This document shows positions 17,519 to 24,446 of a stretch of 24,446 nt of DNA, in pieces; position 1 is the first letter of the stretch, and the number at the start of each line of letters is the position of its first letter. The position numbers were made by a program, and so were the translations under genes. A model generated the notes under the pieces. That model saw only the letters and a list, made by a program, of their open reading frames with translations, searched no databases and had not been told where the DNA came from. This stretch comes from a virus (taxonomy: Duplodnaviria > Caudoviricetes), in IMG/VR virus record IMGVR_UViG_3300025387_000072, positions 1-24,446 of that record. One strand, given 5' to 3'.

Positions 17519-17704
17519 TTAATCCTCCAATTTATAACGAAGATAAATATTTTCAAAAAGGTTTTCTATGGCTTCGTCTTCGGTACTACCCCAGCCTATC
17601 GTGCCGTCTTCGCCATCCTCATGGGCATAATACTGCCAAACACCTTCTTGGTACTCATCAATATCGGTTGTAAATTTAATTCCGTTAATTTCATGCTTTT
17701 CCAT
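17519..17704 (-). CDS. Small acidic protein with HicB-N-like motif
   Basis: GWGSTEDEAIENL; GGAG RBS. Confidence 0.7.
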   Translation of the reverse strand: MEKHEINGIKFTTDIDEYQEGVWQYYAHEDGEDGTIGWGSTEDEAIENLFENIYLRYKLED

Positions 17705-17745
17705 CTAAAATCTCCATCTAGTGAGGGGTGGGGGCCGAAGCCCCC

Positions 17746-17904
17746 TTATTTGCAATGTTCTGCAATATAGGCATAAGCGCCCATCTGTGTGTTGAAGGTC
17801 GGTGCGTCCCAAGCAAAATCACGCTCGGCTTGGGTGCCTTGATTGGTCTTAACTTCAATGCGGAAGCCATACTGATCTTGGTACACATAAAACACATTTT
17901 GCAT
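17746..17904 (-). CDS. Hypothetical protein (52 aa)
   Basis: MQNVFYVYQD... with GGAG RBS. The longer track version crosses a terminator and a promoter. Confidence 0.65.
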   Translation of the reverse strand: MQNVFYVYQDQYGFRIEVKTNQGTQAERDFAWDAPTFNTQMGAYAYIAEHCK

Positions 17905-17947
17905 CTTCACTCTCCATCTAGCGGAGCACCGCGCCCCGACAAGAATC

Positions 17948-17975
17948 ACCATACAGATATTCTCGGGCCTTGCAA
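17948..17975 (-). promoter_or_regulatory. Putative sigma70 promoter
   Basis: TTGCAA-16 nt-TATGGT with an upstream T-rich tract, just after a terminator. Confidence 0.45.
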
Positions 17976-17997
17976 ACAAAAAAATGTATGTCTGGAG

Positions 17998-18024
17998 AAA
18001 AAAAGAAACCGCCCGAAGGCGGCT
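17998..18024 (-). terminator. Rho-independent terminator with UUCG loop
   Basis: CCGCC-TTCG-GGCGG-TTTCTTTTTTT. Confidence 0.85.
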
Positions 18025-18161
18025 CAAGTCTTGTTGTTGGAGGAAAGCTCACGGTGGAGATTGCGGATCGCTTTGTCAAGTTTCTCGACGCGCTTTTTAT
18101 TGCCGTCCTTCTGCGCGAGAATTTGCGCCTTGACGAGCTGCAGCATGGTGGGCTTCTTCAT
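18024..18161 (-). CDS. Small basic hypothetical protein (45 aa)
   Basis: MKKPTMLQLVK..., ATGA-coupled to the upstream gene. Confidence 0.6.
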   Translation of the reverse strand: MKKPTMLQLVKAQILAQKDGNKKRVEKLDKAIRNLHRELSSNNKT

Positions 18162-18361
18162 TTTCCCGTTCTCTGCATCATTGAGAAGTTCTTCTGCAAT
18201 TTGACTTGTGGGTTCGGGAATGTCCAGCACTCGCCGGTGTCGTCTTGGAAACACACCCAGAGCAGGTGATGCTCCTGACCATAGTCGATCAGGAAGTGCG
18301 CCTTGGCGGCCCCCTTGGGCGTGTCCAGCGGGATCGTCGGGTTGAGTTGGATCATCATCAC
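18158..18361 (-). CDS. Conserved hypothetical phage protein
   Basis: QLNPTIPLDTPKG...LIDYGQEHHLLWVCFQDDTGECW; coupled on both sides. Confidence 0.75.
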   Translation of the reverse strand: MMMIQLNPTIPLDTPKGAAKAHFLIDYGQEHHLLWVCFQDDTGECWTFPNPQVKLQKNFSMMQRTGK

Positions 18362-18612
18362 GCAGTCCTCTTCAATGCGATGTTTGCTACTTTGACCATC
18401 TCTGTAATTATTTTGGCGCAGTCTTGTTTATCCATGTGCGTCAAATCATCCAAACTTGGTTCAAGATCAATTATTTGCCAAAATTTTATTCGCAAACTCT
18501 CAATCGTATTGGCGGCTTCATGAAGCCTTTTGCTTCTTTCAGAAACAGTATCCCATTCTTCGCAAACTATTTGTAACCTTAAGTCACACAGCAGTTCAAT
18601 AATATCCATCAC
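18358..18612 (-). CDS. Hypothetical protein, diverged DIVERLR-family paralog
   Basis: MDIIELL...EAANTIESLR...ANIALK. Confidence 0.7.
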   Translation of the reverse strand: MMDIIELLCDLRLQIVCEEWDTVSERSKRLHEAANTIESLRIKFWQIIDLEPSLDDLTHMDKQDCAKIITEMVKVANIALKRTA

Positions 18613-18971
18613 TCCCCCTCCTTCAGTGCGGCACGGGCAATTTCTTGCATGTTGTCACATTCTCCTTGACAACCGCATGTGTCACTTTGTTCAATCTTAC
18701 GCAACGCTTCCCGCAACCGCTCGTTGTCTGCGTAAAGTTCCCCTCCCCATTCATTCGCGTCATCTAACGCCTGACTGAAAATTTCTCGCTCACGCCGCAA
18801 ACGCTCAATCTCCATCTGATAAAAAGCATTCTCAGATTCCACTGCGGCAAGTGCGTCTAACTTATCTTCTCGCAACCGCTCAATCTCATCGGCGGCTTCG
18901 CCCATCATATCCGCTGCATAGCCTGATAATCCATCGGCGTAATCACGCAACCGTTCAACGATGTCCATCAC
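18609..18971 (-). CDS. Ead/Ea22-like coiled-coil protein (DIVERLR family)
   Basis: MDIVERLR...EAADEIERLR...ARAALKEGE. Confidence 0.75.
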   Translation of the reverse strand: MMDIVERLRDYADGLSGYAADMMGEAADEIERLREDKLDALAAVESENAFYQMEIERLRREREIFSQALDDANEWGGELYADNERLREALRKIEQSDTCGCQGECDNMQEIARAALKEGE

Positions 18972-19201
18972 TTTCCCTCCTCATAATCATCGGCATCGAC
19001 CGCCGTAAGGTAATCCTCTTCTTCTGGATTAAAAGATTCAAGCCTTTCAAGCGTCAAATCCGTCGGCATCTTAAAAAACGATTTGCAGTACGGGCATTGA
19101 ATGACATACGCAAACAACCCATCAAAATGCGACCCGCGTCCACAATCGCAATGAAAGTCCATGCACAGATCAGTGCCTTTGTATTGGACGTTGGTCTGCA
19201 T
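18968..19201 (-). CDS. Zinc-ribbon hypothetical protein
   Basis: KGTDLCMDFHCDCG...IQCPYC; start at 19201 or 19204, coupled to the upstream stop. Confidence 0.75.
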   Translation of the reverse strand: MQTNVQYKGTDLCMDFHCDCGRGSHFDGLFAYVIQCPYCKSFFKMPTDLTLERLESFNPEEEDYLTAVDADDYEEGK

Positions 19202-19542
19202 CACTCGCCCCCCTTCAGTGCGGCGCGGGCAAAATCGGCCACGCATTCCGCGCATTCGTCATACATTGCTATTCCGTGATTGCACCGATCCATTTTGCTT
19301 GGGATTCCATCGGGTCGATACCGTTGAGCAACTGAACGATCAATGTCCAATTCCGCAATTTTCTTCAACGATTCCTGCAACCGATCTTTAATTTCAAACA
19401 ACGATTTTATTGTCTGGTCATCAAAATGCACTTCATCCCGCAACCGCTCGATCTCGTCGGCGGCTTCTTTCATCCACTCATACATCACAAATTGGATGTT
19501 TGGCGGGGACGGATTACGTAACCGTTCAACAATGTCAGTCAT
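19201..19542 (-). CDS. Ead/Ea22-like protein (DIVERLR family) with Cys/His cluster
   Basis: MTDIVERLR...EAADEIERLR...CNHG...CAEC...ARAALKGGE; ATGA overlap at 19539-19542. Confidence 0.75.
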   Translation of the reverse strand: MTDIVERLRNPSPPNIQFVMYEWMKEAADEIERLRDEVHFDDQTIKSLFEIKDRLQESLKKIAELDIDRSVAQRYRPDGIPSKMDRCNHGIAMYDECAECVADFARAALKGGE

Positions 19543-19757
19543 TTTGCGTCTCCATTCCATTTTTCCGCCAATGCTACGGCAAACCATTTTGGCACAAGTA
19601 TCGGCGTCGTCCGATCTTCTCGCCATCCGCCGAGATCGGTCAAATAATTCTGAATGCCGTCTGGGCCCGCGACATACCACGCGGGCCAATCATCCGTTTT
19701 GTCAGAAGCAGACCGCGCGATATACGGGCCGGGCTTGGTTGGTTTTCTAATCTCCAT
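19539..19757 (-). CDS. Hypothetical protein
   Basis: 72 aa, coupled on both sides. Confidence 0.65.
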   Translation of the reverse strand: MEIRKPTKPGPYIARSASDKTDDWPAWYVAGPDGIQNYLTDLGGWREDRTTPILVPKWFAVALAEKWNGDAK

Positions 19758-20020
19758 CAGTGCCTGCCCTTATTCAGTGCTTCTTTCAGATGGACAGAAG
19801 TGATCATGTAATTGACAGCGTCTTGGATTGTTTCCTCGCTCTCCCCTGCCTTGACGACAGAATGAATAGAAAACATCAGCGACGTGCGGATCAAGACACC
19901 CATCACATCAGGTTGATCATAGTCCTCAAATTCCTTAAGCGATGCAAGCATAGCCTGGGCCATTGCATTGAAGCATGTGTCAAAAATCTCTTGCTCAACT
20001 TGCTCTGTAACTTCTTTCAT
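19757..20020 (-). CDS. Hypothetical protein
   Basis: MKEVTEQVEQ...; ATG 20020 overlaps the stop of 20017..20178. Confidence 0.7.
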   Translation of the reverse strand: MKEVTEQVEQEIFDTCFNAMAQAMLASLKEFEDYDQPDVMGVLIRTSLMFSIHSVVKAGESEETIQDAVNYMITSVHLKEALNKGRH

Positions 20021-20178
20021 TGGTCGACCCCTTGTTGAAAATTCTCGACCGACCCACCATGGGACGGACGCAATACCCACCGTTGTTTGAAGAAAATATA
20101 GCCCAGATCGTGAAGCTCTGAGGCCGTTATAACCAAGCTGCCCCGTAGCCAGAGACCGTCATCATCCTGCCAATTCAT
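20017..20178 (-). CDS. Hypothetical protein (53 aa, not in ORF track)
   Basis: MNWQDDDGLWLRGSLVITASELHDLGYIFFKQRWVLRPSHGGSVENFQQGVDQ; GGAG RBS; ATGA-coupled downstream. Confidence 0.65.
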   Translation of the reverse strand: MNWQDDDGLWLRGSLVITASELHDLGYIFFKQRWVLRPSHGGSVENFQQGVDQ

Positions 20179-20224
20179 CTCAATCTCCATTTAGAGGGCA
20201 CCATCGCCCTGCCAGACGGTTATT

Positions 20225-20431
20225 TCACGATTTGCGGCCTATTGCAAACACTTTTTTGTTGTCCTTGAAAACATAATTTACAAGGTCATAGGGCAGCTCG
20301 ACGGTGGCCCAAGTCTGGCCGCAGGACCGGCATTGCCGCCGCCGGTGGAGGGCATTTGCTATTGAGCTCTTGCGGGTCTCGACCACGGCTGACGCCCCGC
20401 CACAATCACATTTCATCCCGACCGCTGACAT
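20225..20431 (-). CDS. NrdR N-terminal-like zinc-ribbon protein
   Basis: MKCDCGG..VVETR....HRRRQCRSCGQTWATVE; no ATP-cone domain; alternative start 20416. Confidence 0.75.
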   Translation of the reverse strand: MSAVGMKCDCGGASAVVETRKSSIANALHRRRQCRSCGQTWATVELPYDLVNYVFKDNKKVFAIGRKS

Positions 20432-20579
20432 TGTTAATTTTCCTCTGCCGTTTCCAGAATTTGCGTTTGATTTTTTTCACAATCTTGCTGCGACCGAGAT
20501 AGATATGAACCCTTCTAGCAACCCGGTGAAAGGCATCGTATTCATCGCCGCCCTTCAACTTTGCGCGATGCCCCATCAT
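20406..20579 (-). CDS. Small basic protein (57 aa, not in ORF track)
   Basis: MMGHRAKLKGGDEYDAFHRVARRVHIYLGRSKIVKKIKRKFWKRQRKINNVSGRDEM; the KGGDEYDA motif is recalled from other phages. Confidence 0.7.
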   Translation of the reverse strand: MMGHRAKLKGGDEYDAFHRVARRVHIYLGRSKIVKKIKRKFWKRQRKINNVSGRDEM

Positions 20580-20582
20580 CTC

Positions 20583-20678
20583 TCACATCCTCGTCATAAA
20601 GAACGCAAATCCCAAAAGCCCGAGCATAACGAAACACAGCTCAATTGCCTGTGATAAGTTTGGTCCGATCTCGATCAT
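20583..20678 (-). CDS. Small single-pass membrane peptide (31 aa, not in ORF track)
   Basis: MIEIGPNLSQAIELCFVMLGLLGFAFFMTRM; ATGA-coupled; GGAG RBS. Confidence 0.6.
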   Translation of the reverse strand: MIEIGPNLSQAIELCFVMLGLLGFAFFMTRM

Positions 20679-20860
20679 TTTGCTTCTCCCCAATTAATCT
20701 GACCGCGCATTGTTTTTTCAACCGCTTGCTTCTTGCGCCATCGCTCTTGTTCAGATTGCGAACGAACATAAGTGACTTTCACCATGCAATTGGCATCGTT
20801 GACAGGTTTGAATCGTTTGCCCTGCACTCTTTTCGTAACGTCAAAAACATTGATGGTCAT
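20675..20860 (-). CDS. Hypothetical basic protein
   Basis: MTINVFDVTK...; ATGA overlaps at both ends. Confidence 0.65.
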   Translation of the reverse strand: MTINVFDVTKRVQGKRFKPVNDANCMVKVTYVRSQSEQERWRKKQAVEKTMRGQINWGEAK

Positions 20861-21048
20861 TGCGATTTTCCTTTGAACAACAATGGCAAATAAAATTCGT
20901 GCCATTTATTTCTTTTCCAAAAAACACAGATCGTCATAGACGCGCGATCAATTTTTGGACGGTTGCGACGATGCATAACAAAGATATCATATTTTGAAAA
21001 TATGTGATGCAAATATACATGCATCGACAAATCTGGATTGAATATCAT
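20857..21048 (-). CDS. Hypothetical protein
   Basis: MIFNPDLSMH...; ATGA overlaps at both ends. Confidence 0.55.
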   Translation of the reverse strand: MIFNPDLSMHVYLHHIFSKYDIFVMHRRNRPKIDRASMTICVFWKRNKWHEFYLPLLFKGKSQ

Positions 21049-21239
21049 GGCATCGTCCCATGATGACCGGGCAGGATTGCCCCAAGTTTTATGTCTTCGC
21101 GACCTTTGAAGGCTTGCTCGGCATTTTTGTATGCCGACAGTAAATCTTCCGCCTCTGTCCAAAAAACTGTTCGGGCGCGAAACTTTTTGCCATCATCTTT
21201 TGATGCGTCATAAGTTACTTGTATCGTCCACTTTTTCAT
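21045..21239 (-). CDS. Hypothetical protein
   Basis: 64 aa; ATGA overlaps at both ends. Confidence 0.7.
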   Translation of the reverse strand: MKKWTIQVTYDASKDDGKKFRARTVFWTEAEDLLSAYKNAEQAFKGREDIKLGAILPGHHGTMP

Positions 21240-21505
21240 AACACCCCCTCAAACAAACGATTTTGTATTTCTTCCATCCTGATCAAGCCCAGACTGTCCG
21301 GCCTATACAAGGAACGGTACAGATTGTGATTAACCACCGCGCGGACTGCTTTATAACCCATGCTGATTTCAACGTAGGCATCACGCGCGATGTCATACTC
21401 GACCAGCGCCACGGGCTTCACCGGCATGATCGGCGCAACACGCAGCACCGCAGGTGCAGCAACGAGGCTGACAAGCCCTTGAATGAATCCTCGGCGGTTG
21501 ATCAT
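21236..21505 (-). CDS. Tat-like leader fused to MCP(82-110)-like segment
   Basis: NRRGFIQ plus a hydrophobic stretch; residues 46-74 align ungapped to MCP 82-110 with 12/29 identities. Confidence 0.8.
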   Translation of the reverse strand: MINRRGFIQGLVSLVAAPAVLRVAPIMPVKPVALVEYDIARDAYVEISMGYKAVRAVVNHNLYRSLYRPDSLGLIRMEEIQNRLFEGVL

Positions 21506-21753
21506 TTTGAAAACTCAGAAAACAATAATGGGTATTGCGACGGCATGGAGTAATGTTTTCCCTGTATCGCCCGAAGCCCCGGCAACAAAAGTTCTTGAAT
21601 TGCATTGAGACCAATTCCGCTCCGTTGGACGGCCACTAGAACTTCTTCAGGCGGCATAACTTTGACCGGCATGATTGTCGTCACGCGGATGACTGCTGGA
21701 GCTGCGACGAGGCTTGCAAGCCCTTGGATAAATCCTCGGCGGTTGATGATCAT
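21502..21753 (-). CDS. Tat-like leader fused to MCP(5-34)-like segment
   Basis: NRRGFIQ plus a hydrophobic stretch; residues 49-78 align ungapped to MCP 5-34 with 16/30 identities. Confidence 0.85.
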   Translation of the reverse strand: MIINRRGFIQGLASLVAAPAVIRVTTIMPVKVMPPEEVLVAVQRSGIGLNAIQELLLPGLRAIQGKHYSMPSQYPLLFSEFSK

Positions 21754-21929
21754 TTTGGCGGCTCCGGTAATGGTAATATTTCAATTGTAATTTTCATCTG
21801 ACCCAACAATTCACGCTGATAGTTCCCTTCAGCATCTTTGTAATATTTCCATCTTTGCAAAATGTCTGATTTTTCTGGGTTCATGCTGATGTTGCATAAA
21901 ATAAACCACATATTATCATCAATGGTCAT
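21750..21929 (-). CDS. Hypothetical protein (59 aa, not in ORF track)
   Basis: MTIDDNMWFILCNISMNPEKSDILQRWKYYKDAEGNYQRELLGQMKITIEILPLPEPPK; ATGA overlaps at both ends. Confidence 0.65.
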   Translation of the reverse strand: MTIDDNMWFILCNISMNPEKSDILQRWKYYKDAEGNYQRELLGQMKITIEILPLPEPPK

Positions 21930-22144
21930 TTCTGCATCTCCGGTAATGGCGTCCAGCCGGTAGGATCGTCGTTTTCAAGCGAGCAACAATCACAACCATG
22001 AATAGGAAGTTTCACGACGTTCCATTTATGGTCCTTATACCACTCATCGTATTCATACCATCCTTCTATGGCCTTGTTTTCAACGAGCAGGATAATGTGT
22101 GTCCCGTCCTTGGGCGCAGTTTCAATTGGTTGCCAATCAGTCAT
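21926..22144 (-). CDS. DUF551-like protein
   Basis: WQPIETAPKDGTHIILL...PTGWTPLPE signature. Confidence 0.8.
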   Translation of the reverse strand: MTDWQPIETAPKDGTHIILLVENKAIEGWYEYDEWYKDHKWNVVKLPIHGCDCCSLENDDPTGWTPLPEMQK

Positions 22145-22377
22145 ACATTTATTCCCTTTGAAAACAGATGATATTTTCCTTCAAAATCATCAGGCTCTGC
22201 ATCACGAATTATGTATGACGATTTAATATCATCATTGCATTTTGCCCAGTGATCTTTAGCATCCCTATTGCTTAACAGGCATTTCCTAAAATTCCCTTGT
22301 GTCGTCGTGTATTCAACAACGAGCCAATCCGGCTGAGGAACTTGTTTAATTGTTTGTGGTTCAATGCCGCCACTCAT
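22141..22377 (-). CDS. Hypothetical protein
   Basis: 78 aa; ATGA overlaps at both ends. Confidence 0.65.
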   Translation of the reverse strand: MSGGIEPQTIKQVPQPDWLVVEYTTTQGNFRKCLLSNRDAKDHWAKCNDDIKSSYIIRDAEPDDFEGKYHLFSKGINV

Positions 22378-22457
22378 GACCGCACCATCCCGCCATAACC
22401 CGGTCTTGGTCCTACACTCATGACTGCACCATAATGCGGATTGTCGGTCATTGTCAT
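22374..22457 (-). CDS. Micro-ORF (25-27 aa, not in ORF track)
   Basis: MTMTDNPHYGAVMSVGPRPGYGGMVRS; AGGAG RBS; ATGA overlaps at both ends. Confidence 0.5.
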   Translation of the reverse strand: MTMTDNPHYGAVMSVGPRPGYGGMVRS

Positions 22458-22942
22458 TCTCCTAATTTTACAAATTTCAATATGCTTGGACTGCAAACAT
22501 AAAATGTTTCTATGTTCCCAGTATTCTTCGCCAGAATCTTTTTTTCTGACCATTCATTTTTTGTTTTTGAATATACAATTCCTCCATGTGTCATGGATTT
22601 ATTCACAAGGACATATGCTACAGGCAAAGGGTCGGCTCGGTCAATTGCATTTTTATTTGAAACGATGACGGTCCTAAACGGCCACTTGCCGCTTTCATCA
22701 AATTCAAGGCTGACATGCTTGACCTCAACCCTCATCCAATCGGCATCGTTCGGCTTCTTAATAAAGAGATCGCCCTCGTCGACGTGCTTCAAGTGCTCAC
22801 TGGCGTAGTCTGCATAAGAAATGCTCGGGACTTTTATCGTGAACCCCTGACGATGCAGCCACTCCGCAACCTTAAAAACGGAAGGGCGCGATGCGTCCAA
22901 CCGCTTCAAGAAACGGGCATGCTGATCGTTTGCTTCAATCAC
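22454..22942 (-). CDS. Putative PD-(D/E)XK nuclease-fold protein
   Basis: VDEGDLFI...RVEVKH motif spacing. Confidence 0.6.
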   Translation of the reverse strand: MIEANDQHARFLKRLDASRPSVFKVAEWLHRQGFTIKVPSISYADYASEHLKHVDEGDLFIKKPNDADWMRVEVKHVSLEFDESGKWPFRTVIVSNKNAIDRADPLPVAYVLVNKSMTHGGIVYSKTKNEWSEKKILAKNTGNIETFYVCSPSILKFVKLGE

Positions 22943-23172
22943 TGAGGCGTATCCCCATTTTGATCCGATGCGATAATCGTATAAAACCGCATCGCGGCAT
23001 CGGCGCGGCCCTCCGGCGTCATTTGTGACAGCAAGTGCGCCACAAACGCTGACGTGATGTGCAAAATCGTCCCGACAGTCAAGCCGTCCATCGCCTTCGC
23101 CATGGCATCGTAAGCCTTGATGTGCTTCTGCTGCGTTTTCTTTTTCATATGCTCATTAAGATCAATCGTCAT
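22939..23172 (-). CDS. Hypothetical protein
   Basis: 77 aa; ATGA overlaps at both ends. Confidence 0.7.
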   Translation of the reverse strand: MTIDLNEHMKKKTQQKHIKAYDAMAKAMDGLTVGTILHITSAFVAHLLSQMTPEGRADAAMRFYTIIASDQNGDTPQ

Positions 23173-24446
23173 TTCCGTGCCTTTTTATAGCGTTTCACAA
23201 CAGTTCTGCGACGAGGATGAACGCTCTCCTCAACGATGACGAAACCGCGCTCGACGAGCTTGTCGAGAACTTTTTCAACATTCTCTTTTTTGTGTGGCCG
23301 AAGGCGGTTCAACAGGACGCCAAGCGTCTCGCCATCGTCACCCAACAAATTTTGAATGCGCGACACAATCGCGTCTTCAGGTGAATCCTTTTGCCGATCA
23401 TTACCGATCACAACGCGGGCCTTGGTCTCGACGTCGTTCTTAACCAACGCGTACGCCCACCGGACGTGCTCGACCGTCCTGATGCCTTCCGGCACGGCCA
23501 GGATGAATGACACCTTCGCCACAAGCTCCTTGCCGCGCAAGAACAAAGCCTCCAGCCCCGTCCTCTCGGCTTGATCCTCAGCAAGATTGTGGAGAGCCGC
23601 GCTCGTCTTCTTGAGCATCGCCAAAGCGTCGTCGGTCGTCGGAATTTCAATCTTATCGGCAGAGCTCTCAATGCGCCCAAGATCAAGGACGTCATACGAT
23701 CCAGCCATATAGATTTGCTTCAACGTGTTGGCCATCGCGTCGGGCATAGAACGAGGCTTGAAGTCCAGCTTCTCTTGCGGGACGGTTTTTGTTTCAATGA
23801 AGAGAAGCGACCGGCCAATGAACCCATTTGTGGCGTTCTCGTAGTCGACCGAATCATCAAAATTTGAGTTCGTGGTGTATCCGATCAATGACAGGAACGG
23901 ATTTTTGATCCCGCTATTGATCTGCTCCAGCGATGTGGCCAACCGGTCGCGCTTTGCTTCAAAAATGGGATTTGGGCCATCTTCAAGTTGGCGCTCAATC
24001 TGGTTGATCTCCTGAAGAATTGCCTTGCGGATTTCCTTCTTGACGTCGCCCGAGATCAGCAGGGTGCCGCTGGCCTTTGAATAGATCGACATGATGATGC
24101 CGATGATAGCTTCAAGGTAGGATGCGCCGCCCTTTGTCTGGGCTGACTTGATCTTCTTGAGCAGGAAGCCCACTTCGTCGATCATGTAGAACGACGCCTG
24201 ATGCTCGACGAGATTGCGGACGATTTCCTGCTCCGATTTGATCGTGCCATATGCCGCGCGTTGCAGCTCGACCGTCTCAAGGACCTTGGTGCCGCCACGC
24301 AGAATGCTTTCCTTGCCGGTGGCCGAGGCGGCCACACAGAACCCGATCAGGTTTGACGTCGTGTCACGTATCGGGTCGCGATACTTAAGCCCCACGACGT
24401 TGCCCATTGAGATCAGGGCGGTGCCCATTGCGATTGTCTCGCGGAC
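23169..24446 (-). CDS. P-loop ATPase/helicase domain (DUF3987-like) of a probable primase-helicase, 5'-truncated by the window
   Basis: Frame is open to the window end. Walker A AASATGKE, Walker B YMIDEVG, LSLIGYTT, NGFIGR and a C-terminal winged-helix-like segment. Confidence 0.75.
   Translation of the reverse strand, partial: VRETIAMGTALISMGNVVGLKYRDPIRDTTSNLIGFCVAASATGKESILRGGTKVLETVELQRAAYGTIKSEQEIVRNLVEHQASFYMIDEVGFLLKKIKSAQTKGGASYLEAIIGIIMSIYSKASGTLLISGDVKKEIRKAILQEINQIERQLEDGPNPIFEAKRDRLATSLEQINSGIKNPFLSLIGYTTNSNFDDSVDYENATNGFIGRSLLFIETKTVPQEKLDFKPRSMPDAMANTLKQIYMAGSYDVLDLGRIESSADKIEIPTTDDALAMLKKTSAALHNLAEDQAERTGLEALFLRGKELVAKVSFILAVPEGIRTVEHVRWAYALVKNDVETKARVVIGNDRQKDSPEDAIVSRIQNLLGDDGETLGVLLNRLRPHKKENVEKVLDKLVERGFVIVEESVHPRRRTVVKRYKKARK

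Noticed and set aside
20225-20431. Calling this gene nrdR
   Set aside because: Only the zinc ribbon is present; there is no ATP-cone domain.
21236-21753. Possible split or degraded second MCP gene (pseudogene) or DGR template
   Set aside because: Each fragment has its own intact leader and coupled start/stop. MCP residues 35-81 have no detectable counterpart, differences are not adenine-specific, and there is no reverse transcriptase in the window.
1-24446. tRNA, rRNA, CRISPR array, integrase/att site, stop-codon recoding
   Set aside because: None seen by eye. Core genes are intact in the standard code, and TGA, TAA and TAG all appear to act as stops.

Overview
This window is a 24.4 kb segment of a tailed dsDNA phage (Caudoviricetes) or prophage, coded almost entirely on the minus strand. 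Read right to left, it starts with a truncated primase/helicase-type P-loop ATPase, then a long translationally coupled string of small accessory genes and an HTH-metallophosphoesterase. An AT-rich divergent control region with two short plus-strand genes follows. The packaging/head module comes last: terminase small and large subunits, P22-like portal, four putative cargo genes, GroES-like co-chaperonin, scaffold, capsid-associated protein, major capsid protein (MCP) and further virion proteins. Top finding: two tandem paralogous mini-genes (21236-21753), about 19 kb from the capsid gene, each fuse a twin-arginine (Tat)-like leader to a different ~30-aa segment homologous to this phage's own MCP (residues 5-34 and 82-110). 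For the residue 5-34 copy, codon comparison shows the match is kept at protein level, which suggests a capsid-mimic or decoy system. Second: an x-x-G-G motif recurs about 20 times across five head-module proteins, suggesting a shared processing or packaging tag. There are also candidate RNA structures upstream of head genes and paired IHF consensus sites. All family assignments come from motif recognition, not database searches. I saw no tRNA, rRNA, CRISPR array or integrase.
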